Positions 1 through 12,635 of a stretch of 64,000 nucleotides of DNA are shown one piece after another. Each line of letters opens with the position of its first letter. The first letter of the stretch is position 1. Both the position numbers and the translations under genes were made by a program. The notes below the pieces were generated by a model. It was not told the origin of the DNA and did not search any database. It worked only from the letters and a program-made list of their open reading frames with translations. Source of the DNA: Sphagnum compactum (taxonomy: Eukaryota); assembly GCA_965153455.1 (NCBI GenBank), contig OZ234493.1, positions 22,620,213 through 22,684,212 on the forward strand, given 5' to 3'.

Positions 1-796
1 TGTTGAAAATTATCAATTTGGGTAACAAAGATTTATACTATTCACATGGCAAGGGAAATGATAAATATTTCATCAAGTAACCTACACATACCATGTGGGT
101 ATACATGGGTCAACATGGGGTAAATACTTTGCACCTTGTATGAAACATTGAAAGTGGAGAAAGAAAATTGGGTGAAAGCATAGTTAGGTGACTCATTATT
201 AGCATTTTGAAGAGTCCACATGATACTCTAGCTAAAATTCCTACAATTATAATAATTATCAAACTATAACTTTTATAACTATCCCTTATGCTTTTGGTCA
301 CAAATATTGATAGGCCACTTAATATATATCATTAAACATGAGACTGGTCAAAAAATCCATGTGAAAGTTTGAAGATTTCAATATGAAAAAAAAAATGATA
401 TAAAATGACAAAAATTATGGCATTTAAAAATTAAAAAAATGAGGAATTCTTGTATTAAAAAAGTTTCAATGTGCATCTTATATTAAATTTTTCATTCGAT
501 GGTGGTTTTTTTTTTTTTTCGTATGACTATTTCTTGAATTCACATTTTTCACTTTCTCTATGACAAAAGTAGTGTTATCATTTCAAAAGTTTATAATAAT
601 TCCATTCTTTTCTTAAAGCTCATCCATAATTTTTAACTTGAAGCAAAGCTCATTAAAATCTATTGTAACATGAATGATTCAAAAATTGACAATGTTAATG
701 TTGAATACGACTTTACATTTTAAATTCATGTTGTAATTCAGAAAGCTACAACTATGATAGTCCAAATTGTTCCTTTCAATATGCTTTCGCCTAATT

Positions 797-2030
797 TACT
801 TGTGCAATTGACATTGCAAACATGAACATGTGAAATTTCAAACATGTTATCAAAAATAATAACAAAAATAAAATGAAACCAATCAATGGCCTTTGAAATT
901 ATAATCAAAACAATTTAAAAAGGGGTCCAATTAAGGACATAATGTGAGAATTTTTTTCACGATAATCAAGGTAATGAACATAAATGACATGCCATATATA
1001 TCATAGTTAATCACCATAATTTGAACAAATTCATCATAACTAAATGCATCACAAAATATGAAAATGCACATATGTTTTACAATGATGTGATCACATATTT
1101 GAGTTTTTTACCCACTTCAAAACACTTTTTCTCTCTTGGGTAAGGGAAACTTCAAATATACATTAGCCAAGTAGGGTTTAAAAAGGTACATAATTTTTTT
1201 TTTTATCAACTAAGTAGGCCATTCAAAAAGGACCACAAAAAAATATTAACTAAGTAAGGTGTATATCTACCTTGTTATATACATGTGGGTATATTGGGGC
1301 AAATAACTTCCCCACCCAACAAACATCAATGTTAGGTGGATTAATGAATTTTAATATATGAGTTGAGGAAAGGTAAATATAAAACTTCAAGAGATATATA
1401 TCATCCAATAAATGAAAATAATTTTCACTCAAATTCCACACAAGGTAAGGGCACATATGCTTTGCAAAATTATCCATATGGGTAAATTTAATTTAATAAA
1501 TGTCTAACATTTGCCCTATTCACAAAGTAAGGAAATATATTTCATCATGCGGTTGTAAGAGGTTAAACATAAGGTAAGGGAAACATTTATAGCGTATGGC
1601 GCATTTCAAAAAGGAAAATGACATTCAGTTGTGCAATTGGCATTGCAAAATCAAACATTTGGAATTTCAAACAACTTAATAATAGCAAAATAGAATGTAA
1701 TCAATCAAGAGCTTCAAAAATACAATCACAACATTTTCATAATCCCAAGTGATAATGCAATTTAAAGGGTTTCAAGAGCATATGGTAAGAATTTTGTTCA
1801 AGGTAATAAGTGTGATGAACATAATCAAGATGCAAAAAATAAAAATTCAATAATTAGTCACCATAATCCTTTGTAAGCATGTGCATTGCAAAATATGGAA
1901 ATGCATGTATATTACATTAATGATTTTGGCATATACTTTTTTTAAAATCCATTTCAAAACAATTATCCTCAGTTAAATAAAGATAAACCTCACACATATA
2001 CTAGCAAAATAGGGCAATTAAAAGGGTAAA
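797..2030. repeat. Degenerate direct repeat in AT-rich intergenic DNA (two copies, ~400 bp, about 830 bp apart)
   Basis: ttgtgcaattgacattgcaaa...gaaatttcaaaca... from ~799 is matched by ttgtgcaattggcattgcaaaa...ggaatttcaaaca... from ~1629, with shared downstream blocks (caccataat, caaaatatgRaaatgca, ttcaaaaca). Boundaries approximate. Confidence 0.6.
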
Positions 2031-2431
2031 AACACTACCGGTTAGGTAGCATACATATTCATGTTGTGATATACCCATGGGTATATCATGGTGCAAAACT
2101 TACCTACCCAATACCGCTAAAGGCCAAAATAGGGGGTGGGGGTGGAGATGCTTTCTAGACATCAATTATGTATCAAGGTGATATTTCTTTGGTTTTCAAA
2201 TTTTTGACTACATAAATCACTAAAAAAATCATAGCAAAGAAGCCAAAGACCTAACAAAACAAGTGAACCTGAAGTATTAAAGAAAATTAAAATGAAAATT
2301 AAAATAGAATGGACTTGAGTCATGTGTGTGTGCACACACAAAAGCCAAGATATCTACATTTTGTGGATGAGAAATTGCACTAAAAAATAAGGCGAGTTGC
2401 CAATACCATAACATGGGGTCAATTTTCACAT

Positions 2432-2630
2432 TGACAAAATGAATAATTATTTATTTTCAAAAAATCAATTTGTTATTTAATTTTGAAATTATTATTATTT
2501 TCATTATCTACTATAATCTTGTGATGTGAGTGACAAAATGAATAATTATTTATTTTCAAAAAAATGTTTTTTTTAAAATTTTGAAATTATTATTATTATT
2601 TTCATCATCTACTATAATATTGTGATGTGA
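2432..2630. repeat. Tandem duplication, 2 x ~100 bp
   Basis: tgacaaaatgaataattatttattttcaaaaaaat...tctactataat..tgtgatgtgag occurs at 2432-2530 and again at 2531-2630. Confidence 0.85.
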
Positions 2631-2825
2631 GTCGTGAAATTATTCAGAGTGTAGTTTATGGTAATTACGATGGTTTTCAACTTTATATTTTCACAAAATT
2701 TCATTTCGCTATTTCGAGGATTATTAAATGACGAAATTGACCTTAGGGTAAGGTATAGTACACTCTTAAAAAACAAAGCAACTCATCACGGAGTGACTCT
2801 ATGTGTCATTTATAACGGGTTTTTA

Positions 2826-3135
2826 TGGAACATGTTCATTCATCATATATGCACACATAGTACATGAAATGCCACTCATACATCAGGTCAAGTATTTTTA
2901 CGAAACATGTCCATCCATCATATGCATGCATGATATTTTTTAAATTATCACTCACGTATCGAGGTCAAGTATTTTCAAAAAGGAACATGTACATCCATCA
3001 TCGTATGCACACATAGTAGTAATTCACATGTCACAAACACGGTATGGTATGGGGGTGTAAGTACTTTTGTGAAACATATGTGTATATGATATGCACGGCC
3101 AATACTTCAAATATTGCTCACGTATTTGGTCAAGT
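2826..3135. repeat. Degenerate ~75-85 bp tandem repeat (3-4 copies)
   Basis: Recurring aacatgt..cat(c/t)catcat..atgcacacatagta and cactca(c/t)Rtat..ggtcaagt blocks at ~2828, ~2903, ~2983 and ~3072. Confidence 0.6.
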
Positions 3136-3252
3136 TTGAGCCAAAATTTTATGCTAAAGCTTAAGAACAATGCTTTAGTTTTCTCCCTTTCGGGCATACC
3201 CAACAAATTGTTAGTGTGGGTTGTTTTTAGAATGTGATGGGTGCAATTTTAA

Positions 3253-3283
<31 letters not shown>

Positions 3284-3322
3284 TAAATTTAAAAAAAAAT
3301 TTGGGTTGGGGGTACGTGGCTT

Positions 3323-3555
3323 ATAAACCTAAGGTTGAGTAACCTTTTTGCCAATGCCGAGTTCAATTGCGGCCACTTGGAAAAAAAACTTATAAACATG
3401 AGATTGAGCAACCTTTTGCCGATGCATAGTTCAATGCGGCCGCCACTCACTCGGACGGGAAAAAATTAAAATAAATAAATAAATAAATAAATATAAACAC
3501 AAGGAAGGTCGAGTACCTTTTACCGATGCCTAGTTCAATGTGGCGGCTTGGGGAA
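3323..3555. repeat. Three degenerate ~60 bp units upstream of the pyruvate kinase promoter
   Basis: ataaac..aaggttgagtaaccttttgccRatgc..agttcaatg(c/t)ggc at ~3323, ~3392 and ~3493. Confidence 0.7.
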
Positions 3556-3839
3556 AAAAGACACCGAAAAAAAACTTTAAAAAAAAAAGAGTCCCGCACC
3601 ACTACATCTCCTCTCGTAATTGCACATGTGTATGATTCCGCAATGTTAGTTCGTTCATTCTTAGCCCAAGGTTTTTTTTTTTTTTTTTTTTTGCTCGGTT
3701 TTTTTGGGGTGGCAAGTAAGGGTGGCCAGCGGAGAGAGGGGGTGGTGGGAGGGGGTGGTGGTGGGTTAGTTCTTAGCCCGAGGTTAACATGGCGGTTACG
3801 GATTGGTAACGTATGGTTAATCCAAATCCGTCCGTGAAG

Positions 3840-3970
3840 CTACGTGGCAGGAGCCCATTCCGCGTCGTATCACACCAGTTTTGGCCGGCGCGTAATGCGT
3901 TGTGGCCACGTAAGTGATCGATGATGGGGGCTAAATAACATCCCGTGACGTCTACCGCATGACGTGTTCC
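3840..3970 (+). promoter_or_regulatory. CpG-rich proximal promoter with clustered ACGT (ABRE/G-box/C-box-like) elements
   Basis: tacgtggc (3841), gccacgta (~3905), gtgacgtc (~3945) and tgacgtg (~3960) lie within 130 bp, 730-860 bp upstream of the PK ATG. Function is inferred from motif only. Confidence 0.4.
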
Positions 3971-4074
3971 GGTATGTTATACTCAGTCAGAATCGGGTGC
4001 TGACTGACACGTTCTGAACCGACATTTCTAGAATTCGGATCCATCCCCGTAATAGCAGCGGAATTTCGCGGAGT

Positions 4075-4538
4075 GATTACGGTCCGGAAACGTATGCCCT
4101 AATTCGCTCATGGCTTTCTTCCTGTTGTTTTGCTCCTAAGCTGCTGTTTCCTTTCCTCCTTTGCAAATGCTGTTGGACTGATTATTACGCACCGGAAACG
4201 TATGCCCTAATCCGCTCACGCCTTCTTTGTGTTCGTTGCTCCGCTCCTCCTGTTCTTCGATTGATTACGCTCCGGAAACGTGTGCCCTAATTTGCTCACG
4301 CCTTCTTTGTGTCGTTTTTTCCGCTCCTGTTGGACTGATTACGCTCCAGAAACGAGTGCCCTAATTTGCTCATGCTTTCTTTGTGTTGTTTATTGTTTGT
4401 TCCGCGCGTGTTTTGCTGATTACGCTCCGGAAACGAATGCCCTAATTTGCTCATGCTTTCTTTGTGTTGTTTATTGTTTTATTCCGCGCGTGTTGTGCTG
4501 ATTACGCTCCGGAAACGAATGCCCTAATTTGCTCATGC
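4075..4538 (+). repeat. Six-copy tandem array, conserved ~38 bp core, period 74-108 bp
   Basis: Core GATTACGCTCCGGAAACG(T/A)(A/G)TGCCCTAAT(T/C)(T/C)GCTCA(T/C)G starts at 4075, 4183, 4263, 4337, 4418 and 4500; pyrimidine-rich related spacers between. Confidence 0.9.
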
Positions 4539-4697
4539 CTATTTTCTGTCGTCTGTATCTAGCGTTTTCTTTTCTAGTTTCATGTTGCTTGCTTGCTTGC
4601 TCGCTCGCTCGCTCGGTGCTCCCTCTCTCTCTCATTTCTTCCTTGTAAATTGTTTGCGTTTTGCATTTGATTTTGTTGTTCCGTGTTCGAATTCGTC

Positions 4698-7600
4698 ATG
4701 GGATCGTCGGCAGTACTGTCGCCTGCATTGACGATGCCGGGGACGGATTTCGGCCGGTACTGTGGGCTTCGCAGGCAAGGGGGGTGGTATGTGGCGCAAG
4801 CTAGTTGGCGTCATGGGAGCAATGCTGCTGCTGCTGCGGCGGCGACGGGCATCGTGCGAGCCACCGGATTACGGCCTCGCCGTATACCCGAGCAGGAAGC
4901 GCGCATTGTACCTGTGTCGCCTGACGACGATCGCCTCACTTTGCCTCCCGGTGCTGCTGCTCCCAAGGTATTTGTGTTTGGATGCTGCAGAATCCAGGCA
5001 GCCGTTGTCGTCTGTTCCTGGTTTGCTTTTTCTTTTAGAGTTTGAGTAGTTCTTATGGAGTGGGACGTGTGGATTCGGTGTGGTGCTCGGACTGGCTTCA
5101 ATTAGATTGCGCAGAAGTCGAGTCTTGTGCTAAGTCTTGTTGTCAGCTGCCTTCATTAGGGTTTGAATGCCATGCTTCTTTTGAATGCGGTCAGGAATTT
5201 TATCTTCAGTCGGCGAAGCTGCTGTAAATGTAGGAATCTAGGGGGGTTTTGGAAGGCATCTTTGAAGTCATTTTTTTGGTCTTTGTTAGGGTTAGATGCT
5301 CTGGAAAAGATTGCAGCAACCCTAAGGGTGAAGCGACAGTGGCTCATGCTTATAAGCAGACATTGTGGCATTATTCTTCTGTTTTCTCAAGCTTGCTATA
5401 GCATTACAGCAACCTATCTTTGCCTTGGCTTATTTGAAACACCAAGGAAAATGCTATTTGTGGTGTCAAAATTGTACCACTGAAGACAGAGATCAGAGGA
5501 TGCCAAACCCAAAACGAAAAGAGCAGTCATGTCTGGCATGTTAGAGGAAGCAGGCATGAAGGATTGATACAGTAGTATGGGCTGCTAGTGGCATATTATT
5601 TTTCATTTTCTCTTTGGTACACTGAGCATGTGCTGAGTCATTGACATGTGCAATAAGTGAATAATTGGTGGCCAGGTAGGGTTCATGTTGGTGTTTTCTT
5701 CTGATATGGTGATGTCTTGGACATGGATGAAGCAGTTGGAGACTACTTTGTCAATTGAGCAGTTGCTGGCAATCCATGAAGGGAGAGCAGAGATGTGGGT
5801 GAAGCCAAGTTTTCAACGCAAGACCAAGATTGTTTGTACTATTGGACCAACATCAAACACACGTGAGATGATATGGAAGCTTGCTGATGCAGGCATGAAT
5901 GTGGCAAGATTGAATATGTCACATGGTGACCATGCATCTCACAAGAAGGTTATTGACCTTGTGCGGGAGTTCAATGCACAGGCAGCTGCTAATGTCATTG
6001 CCATAATGCTCGATACCAAGGTATGCTTGGTCATTGGAAAGGATTGAATGGCTTACTTTTTTTTGCAATGAGGGTCTTCGTCTTGTTCTAGTGTCATGTT
6101 TGGATGAGCACCTGCAGATATCCCTGAGGATTTATGGTTTGCTTTGCAGGGCCCAGAAGTTCGGAGTGGGGATCTGCCACAGCCTATCATGCTGAAGAAG
6201 GGGGATGACTTTACTTTCACTATCAAACGTGGAGTGGGAACTGACACATCTGTTAGTGTCAATTATGATGACTTTGTCAATGATGTGGAAGAGGGTGACA
6301 CATTGCTCATTGATGGTACATCTCAACTTTTGGTCCCCATTTACAGTGTTGACAACTGTAGTTTCTTTCTTTCATTCTCTACATTCCAATATTATTTCTG
6401 GGTGTCCTGGTTCTGGCAACTGCAAAAAAAAAAAAAAAAAGGTTTTTATTGGGAGTTATCAATGCTTATTGTTGTGGCTTCCATGGGACTGACTTAAGCT
6501 TAGGATGAGGGGTGGATAGGAGGTATGATGTCATTGGTAGTCAAGTTAAAGACCAAAGAGTCAGTGCTGTGTGAGGTTGCGGATGGTGGTGAGCTCAAGT
6601 CCCGCCGACATCTCAATGTTCGAGGCAAAAGTGCCACGCTACCGTCCATCACAGGTATGACAGAACCATTGTTTTTTGGAGATGGATGGCCATACTTGTG
6701 ATGTAGAGTGACTGTAGAATGTTTACTGTGGGCTGCAGAGTCTAAGCATCAGCTTGCATTAATGAAGGTGTCGGAACACAGAATGCTGAGAAGCAACTGA
6801 TCATACAGATGAAAACTTTGATATTGCAAGCCAACAACTCTTTTTTCAAAAGACCTAATGCTGTTGTTGATGGGACTGTCCAGTGACCTGACTTTTGTGT
6901 CTGTTAGACTCTGGAGGGACATAGATAGAGGAGCAGAAGACAAATGTTTACTCTAGGCAAGGGTTGCTAGGGACTGTTTTGCAGAGAAGGACTGGGAAGA
7001 TATCAAATTTGGAGTGGAGAACAAGGTGGACTACTATGCACTCTCATTTGTTAAAGATGCAGAGGTGGTGCATGAGCTAAAGGACTTTCTGAAAGGTCTT
7101 GTGTTTCTCCATGTTACCTCTGAATTCTTCTATGTTATTTGGCTGTGCCTTGAGAGGGATAGTGCACAAGTATGCAAAATTAAGCGTTGAAATGCTGCAG
7201 ATCGAGGAGCTGATATCCGTGTCATTGTGAAGATTGAGAGTGCTGACTCTATTCCCAATCTACAATCAATTCTTGATGCTGCTGATGGGGTAGGTGTCCC
7301 TGCAGTTTGGTCTAAATTATTATTGCAACATGTCTTATCCAATCAACTAATTGTCCAGAGTTTTAAATTCCCAGTTCTACAAGGAGACCTTTTGGGTGTG
7401 GTCAACTTGATGCAAATATTTGTGTAACTTGGCAGGCTATGGTTGCAAGAGGAGATCTTGGGGCAGAACTGCCTATTGAAGAAGTGCCTCTTCTTCAGGT
7501 GTTGAAACTGCAAATTTTGCCTTTGTTTGTTGGATTGTTGTTGATCAGATTATTTTAACAAGTCACTCTAGTGAGGAAGGAGAACAATTGAAGGTCTGCT

Positions 7601-9836
7601 GTTACAGGCTTGTGACAAGGGTGACTGTGTCTCATGGCAGGGAGAAATAATCAGATCGTGCAGGGCTATGGGGAAGCCAGTAATAGTGGCCACCAACATG
7701 CTGGAGAGTATGATTAACCATCCAACTCCAACACGTGCAGAGGTATCAGATATAGCTATTGCTGTGCGAGAAGGTGCTGATGGCATTATGCTTTCTGGAG
7801 AAACTGCTCATGGGAAGTAAGTAATCCACATAGGTGGTCTTTTGCATCAATCATAGTCAAGAAAGATTCATGTGAATAACTTTTGTCTAATACATGTCCC
7901 TTGTTTTGGGCAGAAGAACAGGAGTGCATGTGTAAAAGCTGCTGCTGATGTGCATGCAAAGATATTAATTATTTTGTGCAGAAAGGGAGATATGTCCAAT
8001 CAATGCAAGTAGGAAACTTGTTTTCCACTTTCTCACTGCAGACACTCAATGCTTGTCTGGATAGAATCTTCATGTTTATTGTCTATGCACTGACAGGTAT
8101 CCATTAAAAGCTGCACGAGTAATGCACACAGTAGCCATGCGCACTGAAGCTACAATGCCAGAGGAAGAACCTCCTGCCAACTTAGGACGTGCTTTCAAGG
8201 TATTTACCTCTTTTCCATCATTCATATATGATAATTGCAAATCTCAGTCTGCAACTTGAAGAAGCATACAAAGTTGCAAATGCTGTAGGATTTGGATTGG
8301 AAACTGAAGTCTCAGACATGACAAATATCGCACTCTTGCAACTGCATGATGACAGAGCAGCTTTATCAAGTTTGGACATGCCAGATTTGTTGTTTGAAGT
8401 TAGCTCTTGAAATTGGCAGTTGGGTATTTGTTGTTTAACTCAAATTTGACATGTTTCCCAACTGGCAAGACTTGGATAATTGTGAAATTGATTCTTTATA
8501 CAGAGATATGTACAAATGATAAACATATTTCATATGTATAATGGATACAAAAGACTCTGGCAAGAACATGCTCAATGGGTCTCTTGTATCTCGTGGTATA
8601 AAGCTACTTTGTAGCTTGACCCTTCACTATCTTTCTGCTGAATGTCACAACAAAAGCTGGTGGGGACCCAAGAGTCAGGATCCCACACTGTCACTTTTAC
8701 AGCAAGAGGTTAACCCTGTGCCACTATTGGATCTCTGTGAAATGCTATGGATAGAATGATGAGAAGTGAGCTTAATGTCCTAACGCAGAGTGACTCTTAT
8801 AGCACCCAGTTTTGAGATATGTTTTGAGATTTGCCATATGAAAGGCAATTTTGTTAACTTTGCCTGTGCAAGTGAAGGACTGATCTAAAATGTGTTGGTT
8901 GTTTCTATACATTGGGACATAAAGGCAGGACCAGAGCTCACAAGGTTGGGGTTGCTTCTTGGGAACAGAATCATATGAGTGAGATGTTTGCATTTCATGC
9001 CACTATGATGTCCAGCACATTGGGAACCTCCATTCTTGTGTTTACACGTACTGGCTTCATGGCCATGCTGCTTAGCCATTACCGTCCAGCAGGGACTGTG
9101 TTTGCGTTTACCAATGAGTAAGCATCTATTCTTATCCACTCAAGATGATGCTCTGGTACTTTCACTAAAACAGTTGTTGCAGGAAGCAACTCAGATTATT
9201 ATTGTCATTTCTCTTACTTTCTATTGCTGACATGTTTGGTATGTTCCAAGTTAAGTCTGGTGTATGACAGAAATGATGATGGGTCTCTGCAGTAAGAGGG
9301 TCCAATCAAGATTGGCCCTTTATCATGGTGTGAGATCTTTGTATATCCCCTTTTCTGATGATGCTGAGGAGACCTTCTGCAACGCTCTGGCTATCTTACA
9401 GGTTCTCATCTTGCCCCTTCTGCAACACTGTGGTTATCTTGTTGAGTATTTTAGATTTTGCTCAAACTGCAATGTAGCCTTTGTTCTGGCAAAAATTTGC
9501 TATGTGCTGGGGTCTTTAGAGACTTGTGATGAGATAGTGAAACTAGCTCCTGATACCTCCCAATGGTACCTCCTGATACCTACCAATAATGTAGCAGATT
9601 GGATCATGACTGTTTTGACTCAAATTTGTTCACAGTACCCAAGCTTGACTTTTCCTCTGCAATTGCTGTAGTCTGAGACTCCTTAGAATCAAATACTAAT
9701 GACTGCTGGTCGTGTTATTCAGAAGCGGGGCATGGTTAAGGATGGTGAGGAGGTTGCACTAGTGCAGAGTGGGAGGCAGCCCATCTGGCGTTCAGAGTCC
9801 ACCCATCACATTCAAGTACGCACAGTGCATGCCTAG
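4698..9836 (+). CDS. PKP-beta: Plastidial pyruvate kinase, beta-subunit type (12 exons)
   Basis: Exons 4698-4967, 5736-6020, 6150-6315, 6520-6654, 6985-7095, 7201-7289, 7436-7498, 7641-7816, 8097-8199, 8969-9117, 9293-9401, 9723-9836; all GT-AG and phase-consistent. Motifs [69 protein letters not shown] and C-terminal GRQPIWR; Ala/Arg-rich transit-peptide-like N-terminus. Confidence 0.95.
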
Positions 9837-11002
9837 TACTTCAAACATGGGACTACCCCTGCTATACAATCAGCAAATGGACCCACGTTTGTAGGGGAAG
9901 CACAGCACAATGCAAGGAACAATTCGAGCATTAGGAAGTAAGCTGCTCTGAATAATGCAGTTTACACACATGCCTTCGGCAATCTTATCTTTCAGCTCCA
10001 GATTTGAATAGTTTCAATTTTGATAAGACTTACAGTGGCTGACATTGCCAAATTTCTATTACTTTAGTAAGAAAAGGGAGAGCAAATGGGAGATTACGGT
10101 GAACTGCATGTGTTTGGTGATTTGACCCTCACAAGCAGCCAGCCCTTACAGTAAGAACTGCATGTCTTACTCATCATTTTCAATACCAATTAAAAACAAT
10201 AAACCCTGGAGCTACTGTAGTTGACACTTGGATTCTCTAACCAGGTCTAGTTCTTGTGGATCAAGAATCTAGATCTGAGTACTTGGGATGGAAATTGATA
10301 TGTAGGGGACATTTTAACTGCAAATTCATGGGATATTTTTTTTCCTCATTGATATATGATTAACACATCTATACTGGATGATGAAAGCTCTACAGTGATT
10401 TGGTGGGCAAAATGCCAAGGCGCTCCATGCACAGCTTGCACTCTCAGCTGGTACTTCAGGTCCATAGTACAATCAGTGTGAATATGCCGAGATAATTATC
10501 CTGAGAAAAAATTGAGGTTTGGGTTTGAACCTTTTTAGACATTTTGTTTTGTTATGTTTTGGCCATGAAATAAGTTCTCAATCAACGCATTGGTTATTCC
10601 AATTCTTGGGCCTGTCTGGTGTGGTGGGTATGTCTCTTCAGGTTGAGGCTCCACCTTTGGGCAGACAATGTAATCCTTTTAACAAAATAAACCAACATAA
10701 GAGAAACAAAAATGCTCACAGTAGTAGGCTATTGAACAACTTCAAATACATGAAACTAAGATCAATGACCACACTGGACTAAATGTTTCTGGTTGATATT
10801 CAAGCTCTCATTCCAAGCTTTCTTTGCACCATTTCCTACTCAAAATCAAAGATTGTGATGTAATATGCTCATGCATTCATGAACACATGGGTCATGCCAG
10901 CATCTCAAGTGGTATTGCCTCCCCCCCTCTCTCATTACATGTTTGAAATATGGATCAAAACATGGGACTAAAACATGTGCCTCTTGAAACATGGTTGGAG
11001 AA

Positions 11003-11029
11003 AGGGTTTAGGGTTTAGGGTTTAGGGTT
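11003..11029 (+). repeat. Short interstitial telomeric tract (TTTAGGG)~3.5
   Basis: agggtttagggtttagggtttagggtt. Confidence 0.8.
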
Positions 11030-12436
11030 CATGAGACTTAGCCACAGTGTCAAAATTTTGGGGAAAATATTTTCATTTGAGTTTCAAAGTGCAATGTCTC
11101 ACACATTTCAGACCCATCGATATTCAAAGGTGGTTTTCACGTACGGATTTTTGAAAAGTTAATTTATTTTAAAATTTTACAATTCAATTGCACAAAAAAA
11201 AAATTTTTAATAAAAAAATCACAACAATTACATTATGATAACAAAGAATTTGGATGTTATTTGTACTTATGAATTTTACACTAATTTCACATTAATTTAA
11301 TTATAATACAACATGACAAATGATTTGATACTACACACAAACTTTAAATAACAACTTAGTACAAAAACAATATTTGATATTCCAAACTATTTTATGACTT
11401 TTGTGACACAAATTTGGCCATAACAATGTGGACTCCACCTGCAGTTCAATAATTCAACCCTTGATTGAACAATATCTAATCATTTTTTGGACCCACCCAT
11501 CAATTTCAACAACACAAATAATACAAAGCACTTTGTTTTCAAAATGCTCAATACATGGGTAATTAATTGTTGGGAACATTTCTTTTGACATATTTTTTGA
11601 TCCCCAATGGCAAACTATGTGCACCCATCATACCCATGTGGTTACATGGCTACACCTTCTTCTATCCTCTTGTCAACATCCAATATTCCATGTTGTATAC
11701 ATACATTAACACAACAAAACCTTATGGCACATTTCAAAATTCCTCCATCATGATATTAGATGAAGATGTTTCATTATAAAAGACGATTTTCTAGTAGACC
11801 CCATTGTGCCCCTTGAACTCTAATAATAACAAAAGCAACATAAATATGTTTGTTTTGGGTGTTTGGGAATCGGCCTTTGTAATGTTTGATGGTTTCGTTT
11901 TCTTTGAGTTCTTGACCATTTTACTTTGAAAGGTCATAATTATCTCATTTGTAATTGGTTTTCGATGATTCTTAGTGTGTCAGATGCATCAAGAGGAGGG
12001 GTTCAAGTTTTGTTTGGACAACAAAAACAACGGATCAAGCCCTCCCCTTCGATTCGGCCTGCCCTGAGCACTTAAATGTTCGGTCACCTGCTGGTCTACC
12101 CTGGCTAGCAAAAAAGAGAAAAACTTCCCTCCTCCTTGCCTCCCTCTCTTCCTCACTCCCTCCCTTCCTTCCCTCCCTTTGGAGTGTTGCTGGATGGCCA
12201 GGTTTGTGCCACCTTGCCTATGCATTCCACCGCTTCTTCATCTTCTTCTTCTTCTTCAGCTTTGCAATAAAGACACGACACACTTGTCTAGAATGTCCTA
12301 CCCATCATCACCACCACCACCACTCACTTGTGATTTCTCAAGCTTTCTTCACCCATTTCACAAAATGTTTATCATCTGTTGCTTGCTTGCTTGCTTTTAG
12401 CTCATGATGATGAGTGATTCTTTTTAAAGGATTTTT

Positions 12437-12496
12437 GATGATGATTCAAGCAAGTATCATGAGCTTCAGGAGACATTTGGGTGCTGCATGTTTGCT

Positions 12497-12536
<40 letters not shown>

Positions 12537-12610
12537 GATGATGATTCAAGCAAGCATCATGAGCCTTAGGAGACATTTGGGTGCGTGTTTACTCTGAGAC
12601 AGAGAGAGAC
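12437..12610 (+). repeat. Tandem duplication (~95-100 bp) separated by a (GA)n microsatellite, upstream of chlorophyllase
   Basis: gatgatgattcaagcaagYatcatgagc..aggagacatttgggtgc..tgttt.ctctgaga at ~12437 and ~12537; (GA)n at 12499-12531. Confidence 0.85.
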
Positions 12611-12635
12611 AGACGGGTTTGTGTTGTGGAAGGAT

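Noticed and set aside
4075-4538. CRISPR array
   Set aside because: Eukaryotic context with no cas genes; spacers are uneven in length and homologous to each other, as expected for tandem duplication rather than acquisition.
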